A stretch of 64,000 nucleotides of DNA. Origin: Utricularia gibba. Its lineage: Eukaryota; Plantae; Magnoliophyta. The notes under the pieces were generated by a model that searched no databases, was not told the origin of the DNA, and saw only the letters and a list, made by a program, of their open reading frames with translations. The stretch's first letter is position 1, and each line of letters starts with the position of its first letter. The stretch is taken from assembly GCA_002189035.1 (NCBI GenBank), contig NEEC01000014.1, positions 806,001 to 870,000 on the forward strand, written 5' to 3'. Below are positions 10,711-23,934 of the stretch, in pieces. The position numbers were made by a program, and so were the translations under genes.

Positions 10711-12651
10711 TCAACCGCTTTTTCTTCTGATATGGTTCAAGACAAGGGGCGTTCCTTCAAACAAGTCCAGCAGAAAATTCCCCAGCTCCTCTGAATTATA
10801 CTTGATGTATCTTTCTGGATGCCTGCCACTCTCTAGAAGGCTCCCGAATCTTCCCAAGAAGGAGCGGTAAGCTGGGATCACCTTCTGTGAAATGGATATC
10901 CGGAGATCTTCCCGGAGTTGGGGGTCATGGACTTTCCAAGCTGTTTGTATCCGGTATATGTCTTCGAAACATGCATTGAAGTTCTTGAACTTCTCCTTCA
11001 AAGCCACCTTTGAAGCATTGCTTGAGCTCCCACCGATCCCATCGTCCTTCAAATAGGACAGTGCTTGGGTCCATGCTGCTCTCAGGTACCTGGTGGCGTA
11101 CTGCCGAACCAGCCCACGCCGCTTCTTGATCCACTCCACACCCAACAGGTTCTGGAGTTCTGTGTCTTTCACTTTCTGCACGATGTAGAGTATGTTGTTC
11201 ATCATGAATATGCACTGCATTGCAGAATCCTCATACAGCTTTGCCTTCTCCTCGATGTTGGACTCCAGCGAAGTGATGAGCGCCAGCAGCCGCCGCGCGA
11301 TGGGCGGCCTGGGCCTGGCCTCCGAATCGGAACCTTCATTACTTGTTTCTGTGTGGCCGCCGGAGCTGGTGCCTGCTTTCTCCAAGAGTGAGTTCAGAGT
11401 GTCGCTTGAGTCCACCAGCAGCTTCAGGTAATTCATCACGTATCGGGAAAGTGGATGAATGTCGCCGTTAACCACAGGCTTCCTTGATGATTCCCCTTGG
11501 ACTGCACTCTCGAACTCCACCAATGTCCCCAGTGCAGCTTCGGCAAGCCCATCCAGGACGCCCTTCGCCTCGTTGCAGATCATGTCGTCGGCGTCGTCGC
11601 TCTCGTACAGCATCTGTATATCCGGCATCACCTGCGACAGCACATCGTACATGCACAGAAGCCGGAACATTTTCTCTGCAGACCTCAAGCCGATCGCCAC
11701 CGCCTCCCCGAAATTCAGCATTTGCATCATGCAGCCCTTTGTCGCCTCCAGAAAGCAGACTTGTTTGATCAGATCGGAGCCGTCGAATATCGTCTCGCAG
11801 AGACGCTTCTCCGCCATCAACAGACCTCTGACGACGATCTTCACCGCCTGTGTCCATTTCCTCATCTTATCATCCAGTGACTCCCACTCGATCCTCTGCA
11901 CTTCCTCGATGCTCAACTTCTCGACTCCGATGATCGCCATGTCTTCTTCTAGGGCATCGCGGCGGACGCTGCAGTAAACCTGGCAGCATTCCTTCTCATA
12001 GCCAGCTCGAAGCATCCTGTCCGCGATCTCGCTGAGATCAATCACAGCATCAGGGTGAATCAGATCGAAGGAGAGTTCATCCCCGCCGAAGCTCACACCA
12101 CTCCCATGGCTGAATCTTCCGTATCTCCCAGCTTCCTTGGGACTCTCGTTAGCTTCATCTGTGAAATAATCTGAGCCCTTGACCGAAATCGAGGAGGACG
12201 ACAGCGAGGGGCGGTGAAGCCGATCGAGATCCAGCGGGATGTTGTTCCTAACCAGAAGATGACGAAACTCATCCTCCAACCTCGCCATGGAAAGCTGCAA
12301 CGCGTTATCCGCGCGCTCGATCGCTTCACTGCAACCATCCTCGCCACAATCAAGATTCAATTCTGCGGTAAATTGAATGATTTCATCAACCGCCGCTAGG
12401 TAATCACTCGAAATCGACGTCGAATCGGCTTCCTCCACGACTACCCGTTCAGCCGATTCGAATCTGGGATCCAGAGAACTCGAATCTCCGGTTCCTAAGG
12501 TTTCAGACACGAAAGATGACAGGCTCGAGAGTCGGTTATCGAAAGCGGAGAGTATCAAAAGCATATCCTCGGCATCGGAGGTTTTACCCAGAGACTTCAC
12601 GATCCGCTGGGCGGTGGCCAATACTTTGTCTTCCCCTTCAATAGCCGCCAT
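10711..12651 (-). CDS. EXO70F1: Exocyst subunit EXO70, F1 clade (646 aa, intronless)
   Basis: N-terminal [15 protein letters not shown]...[15 protein letters not shown], plus [24 protein letters not shown] and [21 protein letters not shown], match the recalled EXO70F1. Confidence 0.92.
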   Translation of the reverse strand: MAAIEGEDKVLATAQRIVKSLGKTSDAEDMLLILSAFDNRLSSLSSFVSETLGTGDSSSLDPRFESAERVVVEEADSTSISSDYLAAVDEIIQFTAELNLDCGEDGCSEAIERADNALQLSMARLEDEFRHLLVRNNIPLDLDRLHRPSLSSSSISVKGSDYFTDEANESPKEAGRYGRFSHGSGVSFGGDELSFDLIHPDAVIDLSEIADRMLRAGYEKECCQVYCSVRRDALEEDMAIIGVEKLSIEEVQRIEWESLDDKMRKWTQAVKIVVRGLLMAEKRLCETIFDGSDLIKQVCFLEATKGCMMQMLNFGEAVAIGLRSAEKMFRLLCMYDVLSQVMPDIQMLYESDDADDMICNEAKGVLDGLAEAALGTLVEFESAVQGESSRKPVVNGDIHPLSRYVMNYLKLLVDSSDTLNSLLEKAGTSSGGHTETSNEGSDSEARPRPPIARRLLALITSLESNIEEKAKLYEDSAMQCIFMMNNILYIVQKVKDTELQNLLGVEWIKKRRGLVRQYATRYLRAAWTQALSYLKDDGIGGSSSNASKVALKEKFKNFNACFEDIYRIQTAWKVHDPQLREDLRISISQKVIPAYRSFLGRFGSLLESGRHPERYIKYNSEELGNFLLDLFEGTPLVLNHIRRKSG

Positions 12652-12701
12652 AGACTGAACAATTTCCTCCGGTTTCTACTGCTGTTGGTGCTGCTGCGTA
12701 T

Positions 12702-12722
12702 AAGAAGAAGAAGAAGAAGAAG
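12702..12722. repeat. (AAG)7 microsatellite in the EXO70F1 5'UTR
   Basis: Read directly from the sequence. Confidence 0.9.
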
Positions 12723-13279
12723 ACGATTTCACGAGTGCTGAGAATTCGGACAACACGGCGTTCTTTCTGCTGACAAATTCAACCCCTAGAAGAAAAGTAC
12801 GGGCATGTTCGACACTAATTACACGTCATTACAAAATCATTTCAATTTCCATTTCTGATAATTCAACAATTATCTAAAATTTCCAAGTTAATTCATCACG
12901 TTTTCTTTCCTTTCTCGTCGGAAATAAAAAAAACATGTGCTAATTAACCTTACATCTCAAAAGGGAACTAATTATGTTCAATAAACATCTCATTTTGTTC
13001 ATTTTTTTTAATCCCGAATTTGAATTTCCTGGAGTCGTTGAACTAATCAATTAATAACTGCCGTGATGTTCAAATGGGTCGAGAGGTGGATGTCATGTAA
13101 CGGCCCAATGGGCTTGTGTTTCTTCTTCATGTGATGAGACCGAATCACAGAGGTTGTAAGGAAGCACCCAGAGCGGGGTGGGGATCAACAAGCCTGCAAA
13201 TGATTCAGAAGGGACTTGCTCGGTCTCCGGCGCGGTTCCGGTGGACCGGAACTACCCCAAGCCGCTGGTTCGTGTTTGG

Positions 13280-14990
13280 TCATCCGGATTTGGGGAGACG
13301 GAAGCTCTCGCACCCAGGGCAATTGTGCAGGCTTTCATGGATGTAGATATCGCAATCAAGGCAAAACTTTTGCTTGCATTTTGGGCAGCAAACAGCGGGA
13401 GAAGATGAGTTTCCTGCACCCAACTTGACAAGCAGATCAAGGCTAGAGCTAATGGGGGGGTACGGAGAAGCCATGGAGTTACGTACCGGGGCCTGACAGA
13501 GTCTGACTGCAACCAAAGCAATTCTTCGTCGCGGTGCGAGGATCACTTGAATGGGATGGCGGCACATCGTCGAAGGGAGTGATGGGGAAGAGGTGGTGGT
13601 AGGATCTAGCCAAATGGGGCGAAGAAACGAGGGTCAATCCGCATATTTGGCACTCCGTCGGCAATTCACAGACGCGGGCCTTGCACCGTGGGCAAGTGTA
13701 GCCGACGCCGGCTTTAGCCTCTTTATGGCAAGAACAGATTGAGATTGCACCTTCCGCTGCTCTCTGAGGGAACCCCATCTTTATCAAGTTTGCGATAGCC
13801 AAGTCTGCAATCGCTGGAGGCGGCGGCGCGTGCTCAAAGATCAACTCCTTCAGGTGAGACTGCCATGGACAAGTTTCAGATTAGTAGAAATGATGCTGCG
13901 GAAACTGACTCCCGCTTTAAGGTTACTCACCTGGTCTACTGCCACAAAATAGGTTCCGCCGGTTTCTTGAGAAAGATACTTGCAAATGTAGACTTCAGCA
14001 GAGAGGCCAATGACAGAGCATCGAATCTTGGAAGCCTTGCACTTTTGGATGGTTGCCATGATGTCACCAGGATCACAGGTGCTGAGAGCGGAGTATAAAA
14101 CAAGAACCTCGCGATGGCCAAATGTGGGAATTTGGCTCAGGAGATTGTGCACAAGATCCAGGCCATTTTGGAGAGATGCATCGCCTGAGGAAGCCATCTT
14201 ACCCATTAATGCTTTGATGTGGGATTCGGGTCGCCCACCGAGTTCAGATAGGCACTGTGCAACTCCATCTTTCAATATCACCAGGCCTATCTGACTCAGT
14301 GGATTTTGATCGAAGAACTCCCGCACAAAAGCTTCTACTTGTCGTGCAACAACGAGCATTCTGTTTGGTTTGTAATCCGTCTCTCCGGCGGCCTGCACTT
14401 GAAATATCATGGTTTTTGTAAGTACAAAGGCATCAGAGTTCTGATTCATAGTGTGAAAACAGAAAGCCACATCTACCAACAATCGAAGTACTGCTACTCT
14501 AAGCAGCATATAAACTCTAATGTGGATTAAACTGCCAACAATCGGCACACAACTACATACTGTTCCATCACCATCTTCAACAACCTATTTGAAAAGGCAC
14601 ACCTTTCACAACTTCCGCATAAAGATTATTTCTCAGAAATCACCAAAAACGATTTGAAACAAACTCTAAATTGATAGATATAAGTTGAATGCAGAGAATC
14701 AATTATCTTACCCGAGATAGATCAATCAAAATATAGAGATAACGAATGAGCCCTTTCTGAACTTGAGAAGCTGCTTTTGTGTGAAAACGTCGGCGATACT
14801 GAGCATGATTGAGAGTTTTCTTGTCAATAGGACGAAGTAACCCTGATTCATCTTCCTGCAGGGACTCCCAAGATCGTTCATCAGCATATGCTCTCTCCCA
14901 CGCTTCAAGACCCCTACCATCTCCATCTTCCTCCTCCTCTTCATCTCCATTGAACCGCATTTGCTCATCTTTGCTTTCTCTTCGCAGCAT
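13280..14990 (-). CDS. GTF2H2: General transcription factor IIH subunit 2 (p44/SSL1)
   Basis: Exons 14990-14712, 14392-13931, 13859-13487 and 13412-13280. vWA domain (QKGLIRYLYILIDLSR, EFFDQNPLSQIG), C4 finger CPRCKARVCELP and C-terminal CLDCDIYIHESLHNCPGC. Confidence 0.95.
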
Positions 14991-16430
14991 ATCTCCAAGC
15001 GTGACTCACTGCTGAAGCCTCATATTCACTACAAAAAATTTCATTCTTTCAAGATAATGAAGAGAGCACAAAACATGCACATATGAGGATGAACTTGAGC
15101 AGTACAGAAAAATGGCGACTTGCCTACAGATGAAGATAAAATTCTTTTGCCCAGATTAACAGAAAAAACCCGAAAAAAAAACACGAAGCACTAAATAAAA
15201 CTTCAAAAAAATAGCTTAGACCACATTAACCCAGATCAACTCTCACAGCAAAGTATGTCATCGATGTTCATTTAAAAAAACATCTTAGTTTGATGGGTTC
15301 TAAAAATTCACACAAAAGCCCCAACTCAGAACCCATTCAATAACACAAGGTGAAATGTAGCAAGAACCAGAAACAAAATCATCAAAATCTCCAATGAAAA
15401 AAAAAAAAGAATCTTTCGCGCGAACTCAGAACACCGATCCCAACAATGAAAGCTCTACATTAGGTTGACGATCTCAAAACAAATTTCCAACTGGAGCAGG
15501 CCAACGGCCTGATTTCATACACCCAAGTTGCTCATTCAAATTACACACATTGAACCCTAATCAAGAATGAAAAACCCTCCACAGATTTTATACCGGCGAT
15601 TCGATGAATCCCTCACTCACACTCAAATCAACAGAAGGGTTTCTCCGATCTCAAAAGTGGCTATCACAGCGAAAAAAAAAATTAACGTAACAGCATCAAA
15701 CTATTTAATCCATAGGTAAATTAAACCAAAGACCCTTGGACTGTTGATCAAGCATTTCATCGAACACTTCGCGTGCGAAGACGAATGTCGCATTTTCTTA
15801 GTGACGACAGGAAAAGGAACTACCTGAAGTTTCAGAATCTTGGAATCGTAATGTGGCAATCTATGAGGAATCATGACATGACGACGCGAAGGGGAAGAAA
15901 ACTCCGGGCATCAATGGCACCCTTCCGCCTGCGAAGAATTCTCACTCGTCAATTGGTGCCCGGAGTTTGCTGGAGTGGTTTCTCCCCTATTAACCCAAAC
16001 CCATATACGTAGAGTAGACACAATACATTGTATAATACACGACTCTTCGACAGTTGACACGGGGACTCGTTGCTCAGTCACAATATTCTGCTGCCCTATT
16101 GAAAAGGTATGTATGTACACCTACCTCATCGGCGCTTTCTATTGAGTTTTCTTTTTCCCGAGAAGAAGTTACGAAACTCCGGCACGCGTCCTAGCTTTCC
16201 AACTTTGAAGTTGATGCTCATAACTATTTCAATGGTCATAGTTTGGATTCATTGATGAAACTCGGTGCAGGTCCATTGGACACTTTGTATTTGCGTAGTC
16301 GACCATTGGGCTTCCACATTTCAAGCTTGAGCCTGCCGGGGAAGTATTGGTTTTCCCGGCGGCATACATGGTGACTTATTACAACAGAAACGCACTGAAC
16401 CGAAGAAGCAAAAGCAGAAGATGGAGGAGC

Positions 16431-18394
16431 TCAAAGCTTGGATGAGGCTTGGTTATAAGGATGATGAACCACTATGTGATTATATGCATCAAGAGTCAGA
16501 AAGTCATCCAGTTTCTCTGCAGTACACTGCCTGATGAAGATCTGACTAGCTTCTTTGTACATCCCCTTGTTGAACTTCTCTTTTCCAACTTCGTTCTCGA
16601 TCCTGGCCATCTCTTCTTCCACCACACGCCCAAATAGGTCCTTAGTCACCTTTCAGAAGAACCATAGGTGTCAACAGATCCCTCATCATGTAGATTTTGA
16701 TCACTAGAAACTCAGCATTTCTATGTTACCTTTACACCGAGGCCATCACCGTTGAGCTCCGCTTGGTATTTCAACCATTGCCAGTTCTGGACGCGGCTTA
16801 TCTCTGCAGTGGCAGCATCTTCCATCAGGTTGTAGAGAGGGACGGAGCCTGTCCCGGTTAACCAGGCAGCTAGGTACTGAATTCCGACCCTCGTGTTGAG
16901 CCGGAGACCGTCCATTGATCGAGTACCCCTGGGAACTTGCAACAAGTCTTCTTCAGTTAAACTTGCTGCATCGTCGCGTTTGGCGGATTCGATTTGGTTC
17001 GCTTGGTTCATTGAGTTGAATACTTGTGTTATGGCAGGGATTAGCCCTGGATGAGCAGCCCAAGTTCCATCATGCCCAGCTTTCACTTCTCTCAGCTTGT
17101 CTTTTCGGACAAGTTCCATAGCTGCTTCGTTTGCTTTAGGATCATCCCTAATCGGAATCTGAGCTGCCTGCAAACAGGAAAAAATAAACAGTTCAAAACG
17201 TGATCTTTTCAGTGGGAAAAAGAAAGATCAATTCACAGTTGAATGCTGTAAAGTTCAAGTTTACCATGCCTCCCATGGCGTGGACGCCGCGGCGGTGGCA
17301 GGTTCGGATCAGGAGATCGGAGTAGCTACGCATGAAATGTTGAGTCATCCCCACCTGAACCCTATCTGGAAGTAGCCGGTCACTATGTGCCTGGAAAGTC
17401 TTGATGTAGCTGAAAATGTAATCCCATCGGCCACAGTTTAGCCCTGCCGAGTGCTCCCGAAGCTCGTACAAGATCTCGTCCATCTGAAAAACTGCCGGCA
17501 GGGTCTCGATCAACACCGTTGCCCTTATGCTCCCTCGCTCGATCCGCATCGCATCCTCTGCCTTGGAAAATACACTGTTCCATATCCTAGCTTCCCTGCT
17601 CAACCCGAACGTAAATGTAAACACCGACAGGTGTTTTCCATGTTATTTCAGTGCGAGCTTTACCTGAAATGCTCCATTTTGGGGAGGTAAAAGAAGGGGC
17701 CAAAGCCCGCTCCCTGGCTGCGGCGGAAGGCGTCCCAGTTATGAAAAAAGTAGAGACCAAAATCAACGAGGCAGCCGGTCGCTGGTTGGCCGTCGATCAG
17801 AATGTGCGCCTCCGGCAAATGCCACCCTCTAGGCCTGACGAAGAGCTTCGCAGTGACATCATTCATCTTGTAAACTCGATTCCGCGCCTTGTCCTCGAAA
17901 CTGATCATCCCATTCACAGCATCTCTCAGATTCACTTGCCCACGCATCAGGTTTTCCCAACTTGGCGACAACGCATCCTCGAAATCCGCCTACCACAACA
18001 ACATTGGAAACCATACGACATCCAACACTACCATAAACTCATTAACTCGTATTACCATGAAAACTTTGGCGCCAGAGTTGAGAGCATTGATGATCATCTT
18101 TCTCTCCACAGGGCCAGTAATCTCAACTCTCCGATCAGCGATCGCAGGAGGCGGCGCAGCACACGCCCAGTCCCCTTGCCGGATAGATATCGTCGCGGGA
18201 TCAAATCCCGGCATCTTCCCAGCGTTGTAGAGAGCCTTGGCCTCTCCTCTGCACTCCATAGCGTACTTGATATGCCCCCGGAACTCCCTTTGGAGGAAAG
18301 CCACAAAGTTGAGAGCATCCCTGGTGAGAATTTTCGCGAAGTCGGGATCAAATCTCCCCCTAACGTCCACTCCATCAGGCACGTCGTACCCCAT
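16431..18394 (-). CDS. MLS: Malate synthase, glyoxysomal
   Basis: Five exons. Motifs [45 protein letters not shown] and [12 protein letters not shown]; C-terminal PTS1 signal SKL. Confidence 0.97.
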
Positions 18395-18982
18395 ATCTCT
18401 GCCCCCACTTGCCGCAGGAAGAAAGAAACAACGAGCTTGATGAACGACAGAGGACTATATAAAGCCACCGGCGAGAGGCGATAGGCATGACTGAAGGAAC
18501 TAACGGTGGCGTTATCAGGAGCTTTGAAATCTGTGCCCGCCTCGAGAGGTGAAATGCCTATTTTATCCTATCAACAACTGTGGCTTAAAAAGTATTTGAT
18601 TATTTAAAAACCATACAATTATTAATAATTATTCATTGATTATATTGATAATTTAATATTTTTAAATGCAAACGTAATTTAGATAAATTCTTTTTCTATC
18701 ACGTACTTTAAGCATATAAAATTCGTCTAACATCCTTTTTCTTTTTCTTTTATTATCAGTAATTATCCAGTTTAAATCTTCATAATTTTATATTTTTTTC
18801 GAAAAAAATAAATCATATAAAATTAGATAAAATTCTTTTATATAGACTCAGGGTTTATATCTAGAAAAGAAAACGCTATAATTTCAAGGGTAATTTTTAA
18901 ATTAAATATATTATTAATTGAAAAGAATAAAAATTAAATTAATAGAAGATATAAGTGTATCCTAAAGTGGGAAGTGAAGTAA

Positions 18983-20751
18983 ATGGCTTCAATTTTGGTG
19001 CCTCGATGGCCATTTAATTTAGGGCCAGGGTGCAGACCCGGCCCATTTTTGCAGCTAGCCACGGCGGCGCGCATGGAATCCTCCGCCGGGAGCGGTTCAA
19101 GCGCAACGGACGATGCGGTGGTGCAGTATGTAGTGATGCGCCGGGACCTAATCGACTCGTCGTCCCTAGGTAGCGTCCTCAGGCTGGGGTCTGATGCCGC
19201 CGTTGCCGCAATTTGGGAGAACAGGGATGATACCTACACTCGGCTCTACTGCTCTCCTCCCAATGTGGACTCTATGCGGAAGGCTAGTGATTCTATTCTT
19301 CTTATTCGGTTAGAATTGAATTTCTGCCTTTTGTATTGATCTTATGCTGTGTGGTTCATTCCGTGGATTTCATCGATTTTTATCAGAATTGGAAGAAAAA
19401 TGCAATCTTCTTGCATGGGATTATATTTCTATGCTCTGAAAATTGATTCATTTTGTTGTCTTAGTGATAATGCTGTGACACAGTCCGAGGTAGTATAAGT
19501 AAACAAATTGAACCTGCTGCGATATCCAGGGAGCATAAGCAATCAAACTAATGGTGTGACTCGTGTGGATAGATAGAGTGATAATTTATGTGATAATGAA
19601 CAGAGAATTTTCAATGTGTGATGGGGACTGTGAACTCGTCATGTTTTAATTACAAGGGAGATGAGATATCCATGCCACTCACCATTATTTCTGCTGCCAA
19701 AGGAAAACTTTGAAGACTCAGGGGTTTGAACCTCTTGTGTAACGTGGGCGATTGTCTTTCTAACAACAGAAAAAAAAGTAACTTCCAGAAAGTTTTGCGT
19801 TGATAACATTTGGAATCTGCATTTGACAATTTAGTAGTTGCTGGTGAGGCTTTGGTGTTTGGTGTTAAGACTCGTATGTTTCTAGCTGACTCTGTTCTTC
19901 CAATTGTGCCATTTTTTTTCATGAAATGCAGGTTACTCTTGAAGTAAAGGGTGAAGCCCAGATATTGAACTTGTCAGAGAAGCTGAAAAATGGTGGCATA
20001 GCTCACAATTTGTGGACAGAAAAGTCACAGAAACTACCTGTGTGCCTCGCTACAAAGCCGTATCAGAAATCCGTTGTGTCATCCTTCTTCAAGAAGCTTA
20101 AATTGTGTAACTGAGATTTTTGTCTTGTAATTATTTTTCAGGTTTTCTAGTTTCACCCATCAATGCAGCCTTAACATATTGTTCACCATTCTTCTGCAGG
20201 CAGCGCCCTTCCACGTACGGCAGTAGCAATCGTCGATTCCTCAAGCACCGATGAATGCAGGCAGAGCACTACGGCAGATAAGTTGGTGCAACACCTGGTG
20301 ATACGAAGAGACATATTGGACACTTGGCCACTAGGGAGCATGGTGACACAAGCCTGCCATGCGTCCGTTGCCGCAGTATGGGAGCATAAGGAGGATCCAC
20401 ACACCATCCACTACTGCTCTTCTCCCAGTCAAGACTCCATCAGCAAGGCAAGTAACATCCTGAACCTTCCTTCTTTACTCTCAGCAGCGAAAGTAAGCTG
20501 TATGAAAGAATGTAGAAAATGAATGAAACTGAGCAAACACCTGTTCTTCTATTTACTCTTTGATTCAGGTTATATTCGAAGTGGGTAACGAGGATGAGAT
20601 GATGAGGCTATCAGACAAGCTGAAAGCTGGTGCCATAGCCCACAGGCTTTGGATAGAACAGCCCGAAAACACACCAACATGCCTCTCCACGAAGCCCTAT
20701 CCCGAACCCCTGTTATCTTCCTTCTTCCATGAACTTCATCCCTGCAAATGA
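18983..20751 (+). CDS. PTH2-superfamily (PTRHD1-like) protein with two tandem domains, predicted single 301-aa fusion
   Basis: Exons 18983-19282, 19932-20106, 20200-20447 and 20569-20751 total 906 nt in one frame. Both halves carry VQ(Y/H)xVxRRD...LGS...VAA(I/V)W...AHxLW...CLxTKPY. The alternative reading is two separate tandem genes. Confidence 0.75.
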
Positions 20752-21319
20752 TCTGGCCCACGTCGGTTTCCCCATTGTGATTTCCATCCAACTCCGGCGA
20801 GTGGAAATAGCAATTTTTATTTCCAAGGATATAAAAATCAGTTCTTGCGCTAACTCCTCTAACCCCATGCACAGGTGTTTCTGTGGCTGAGGAGCGTCCA
20901 CGTGGACCCAGAGATGAATCACGGGCTACACAGTTGCCCACATGGCACGTGATGCTGTCAAATTTCGTCAGACCCGGCAGAGTCATCAAACGTTGCTTTC
21001 ATGACCTGGCGGTCATTTTTCCAACTCATAAATTAATTAAACAAACTACGAAAAATTGAATATTCAAAAAACTAAAAACCATTATCAGTATTATTTATTT
21101 TTTAAATAGTGAATATTTGGTTCTAATTATTTTCAGATGTGGTTGAAGAAGCTCTGAGGGAGAAGACGATGGTGAACAACAAAGCTGGCTGGCTGCAAGG
21201 AGGAGAGAGTTACAGAGAAATCTGAAACAAACAGGAGTAGTAATGCACTGTATTACTACTGCAACACATTCCCACTTATTGCAAATACAATGTTGAAAAA
21301 TGGCTCCCCTCCCCTCCCT

Positions 21320-21721
21320 CTAGTAGCAGCTCCAGCCCGGGGGCACCTTCTTGGAGCAGACGTTGAGAAGCAGACTGAGGGAGACCGGAACATTGAGATG
21401 GATCCCTAGAACATTAGCCTTGATCGCGGTGCAGAGGCAGGCTGCGGCCTCCAGATCCGCCAGGCCCTCGAGGAGAGTGCAGCAGGGGGTTTTGGGAGGG
21501 CTTCCGATGGTGATTCCCAGCAACGAGCCCAGCAAATTGGCGCACACTCCAAGCTTCAGGGTGTCGATGGGGCAACTGGTTGGCTTTGGGAGAGGCTTCG
21601 GCTTCGGGAGTGGCTTCGGTTTGGGAGATGGCGTGCACTCGCCGCACGCGTTGGCGGCGGTGAAGAACAGGAGGTTCAGAGCCAGGAGAGCGGCGACGAA
21701 CTGTGTCCTGTTCACGGCCAT
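21320..21721 (-). CDS. Hybrid proline-rich protein (DC2.15/pEARLI1-like, 8-Cys LTP-type domain), 133 aa
   Basis: Signal peptide, [15 protein letters not shown] repeat, [15 protein letters not shown]...CC...CLC...C; TATA box (CTATAAAA) about 35-40 nt upstream of the ATG. Confidence 0.93.
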   Translation of the reverse strand: MAVNRTQFVAALLALNLLFFTAANACGECTPSPKPKPLPKPKPLPKPTSCPIDTLKLGVCANLLGSLLGITIGSPPKTPCCTLLEGLADLEAAACLCTAIKANVLGIHLNVPVSLSLLLNVCSKKVPPGWSCY

Positions 21722-23505
21722 TTTTGGTGTAGTGGGAGGGAGGCGTGGGGTTCTTTTATAGAGGAGGAGGATGCCAGGGGACCATTCCGCTTTCTTCTTC
21801 TTACATCCTAATAGGATTTCTAACTAATCAGTACTCAGACATGGAATGAAATTCAATACACTTAACTTCGAAAGAACCTGGCTTGCTTCCTTCATCCTTC
21901 TGCAATTTCGAGGTGGGCTCAGAGATGGATCTGCAGACAAAATGGAGCAGGCACGAGATACCAATAGCAAATGAAATTGCAGAAAACGGTAGCAAGTCGC
22001 CATGTCATGAAACGCTGCTCCGTTTTCCAAGCACGAGCCGGAGATTGATTGGATCCACCGGTGATTCTAATCATTAATCACGGGATGCTGCTGCTATCCG
22101 GTCCCCATCTCGACAACTTCATTCAGTACAATCCAATTATCGTTCTGTTTTCTGCTGTAAATAAGCAGCAAACATGAAACACAGCACCCCACCACCCGTG
22201 GCGCGATCCACTGCTAAACAGAAGGAAAGCTTCCAAAACCCGACCAGGCTTTTCCATTTCGAGTTCACAAAGCAGACAGCGGTGTCATAATTGTTCCCTT
22301 TTCTTCTTTTTGGTGTTAGGATCCCGTGACGATGATCGCGAAGATATGGTTGGTGGTGCGTGGGGTCTCCCTCTCCCCCTCTCCGGCGCTTGGTTTTTCA
22401 TCAATCCTGTGGACCGCCCGGCGGTTTCACCAAAATTTTCCTTTTTATTTCTGACAAAAATATATAGAAAAACCTGAAAAAAAAATCACCATAAAAGAGC
22501 TTGCCCTCCATCACCGGCCCATTTTCAGGACGCTGTAAACCATCAGCTCAAACTCCAAGAACTCTTCCGACAGCGGATTTCTTCTTCTTTTCTTCTTTTC
22601 GACTGTAAGAACTCCCACATTTCGGGTTAAATGTCTGGATAAAATTGAATATTAATTTTTTATTTTAATTTATGAAATAGAAATTGAAAATGAGCATTTT
22701 TGTAAACAACTGAACTCAATTTTATGATCAAAATACACTATGAACTTATTTGATATAAAAAATGTTTTTCATGATAAATAAAAAATAATTACCATCTCAT
22801 CTTAGAAGTTCTTTTATCCAATGTTTTATATCGTCAAAAAAATGATTTGTGATTTGAAAAATTCAACAATGGTTCACAACATAATTGAATAGTGGTTTTT
22901 CCTATAAAAAATATAATTAAATATTAATTGAATCATGATAAAATAGTAATTATTTTTTTCTATTTTAAAATTCAACAAATGATTCGTGATTTAAAATAGT
23001 TCAACTACTATTTTTTAAACACACCCTTTACCATTAGCTTCATGTTATATGATCGTTTCTAGAACAAATCCATGAACGTTTCGCATAAAGATGGACATGT
23101 TCGAATGTACCGAAAATTTGCGAATGGTGAAAAAAATGAAATTCAAGGGGGTGGAGACGTTTGGTTCGAAATAAAATATGAAATGGGATTCGATTTTATT
23201 CTTATTTATGTAGTAAATAATATATTTTTATTTATTGTTCTCTCAAATTACTTGTCAAACACAGAGAGTCTTGGGGGATAAGAATGGAATTCATTGTAGA
23301 ATCACAAATGTTGAATGATGTTTGGACCAAAACATGTAAGAGTTTACATGTTTTTTTACACAGAAATTATTAAAATGGACCGTACGGGAACACAGGCGGG
23401 AGACATGAACGGAAGCAGGGACAAAGCAAGCACAAATGATATAGAACGGTAGACGCACGCACGCACAGGGAAGGAGGACGCGACGAAGGAGGGGTTCGTC
23501 TTGGC

Positions 23506-23934
23506 TCAAGGGCACTGCCAGCCGGGGGGGATTGTCTTGCCGCAGACGTTGAGGAGTAAGCTAAGGGAGATGGGGATGTCGAGATGGATGCCCAGAATGT
23601 CGGCCTTGAGAGCGGTGCAGAGGCAGACGGCGGCCTCCAGGTCGACTAGGCCTTCGATGAGAGTGCAGCAGGGTTCTTTAGGGGGGGTTCCGATGACCAG
23701 GCCGAGGAGCCCGCCGAGGACATCGGCGCAGACGCCGAGTTTCAGGGTGTCGATGGGGCACGTCAGGCCTCCGTATCCGGGAGGTGGAGGGCACGGAGCT
23801 GGCTTCGGCTTCGGAAGGGGAATGGGCTTCGGCTTCGGCTTCGGCACGCAGGCGTCGCCGCATGCGGAGACGGTGGTGAAGAGGGCGAGGTTTAGGGCTA
23901 GGAAGGCGGCGAGCAGTTTCTGCTGTGAAGCCAT
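23506..23934 (-). CDS. Hybrid proline-rich protein (DC2.15/pEARLI1-like), tandem paralog, 142 aa
   Basis: Signal peptide, [15 protein letters not shown] repeat, [15 protein letters not shown]...PCC...[11 protein letters not shown]; TATA box (CTATAAAA) at ~23991-23998. Confidence 0.93.
   Translation of the reverse strand: MASQQKLLAAFLALNLALFTTVSACGDACVPKPKPKPIPLPKPKPAPCPPPPGYGGLTCPIDTLKLGVCADVLGGLLGLVIGTPPKEPCCTLIEGLVDLEAAVCLCTALKADILGIHLDIPISLSLLLNVCGKTIPPGWQCP

Noticed and set aside
15740-16110. Open frames and a donor site (AAG|GTATGT) between p44 and malate synthase
   Set aside because: No in-frame ATG or recognisable product; compatible with promoter or 3'UTR sequence.
17651-18484. 277-aa plus-strand ORF
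   Set aside because: Antisense shadow of the GC-rich malate synthase exons, with no recognisable domain.
22239-22260. miR166-like string (CCGACCAGGCTT) and miR399*-like string (~25525-25545)
   Set aside because: Too many mismatches to the mature miRNAs and no supporting hairpin.
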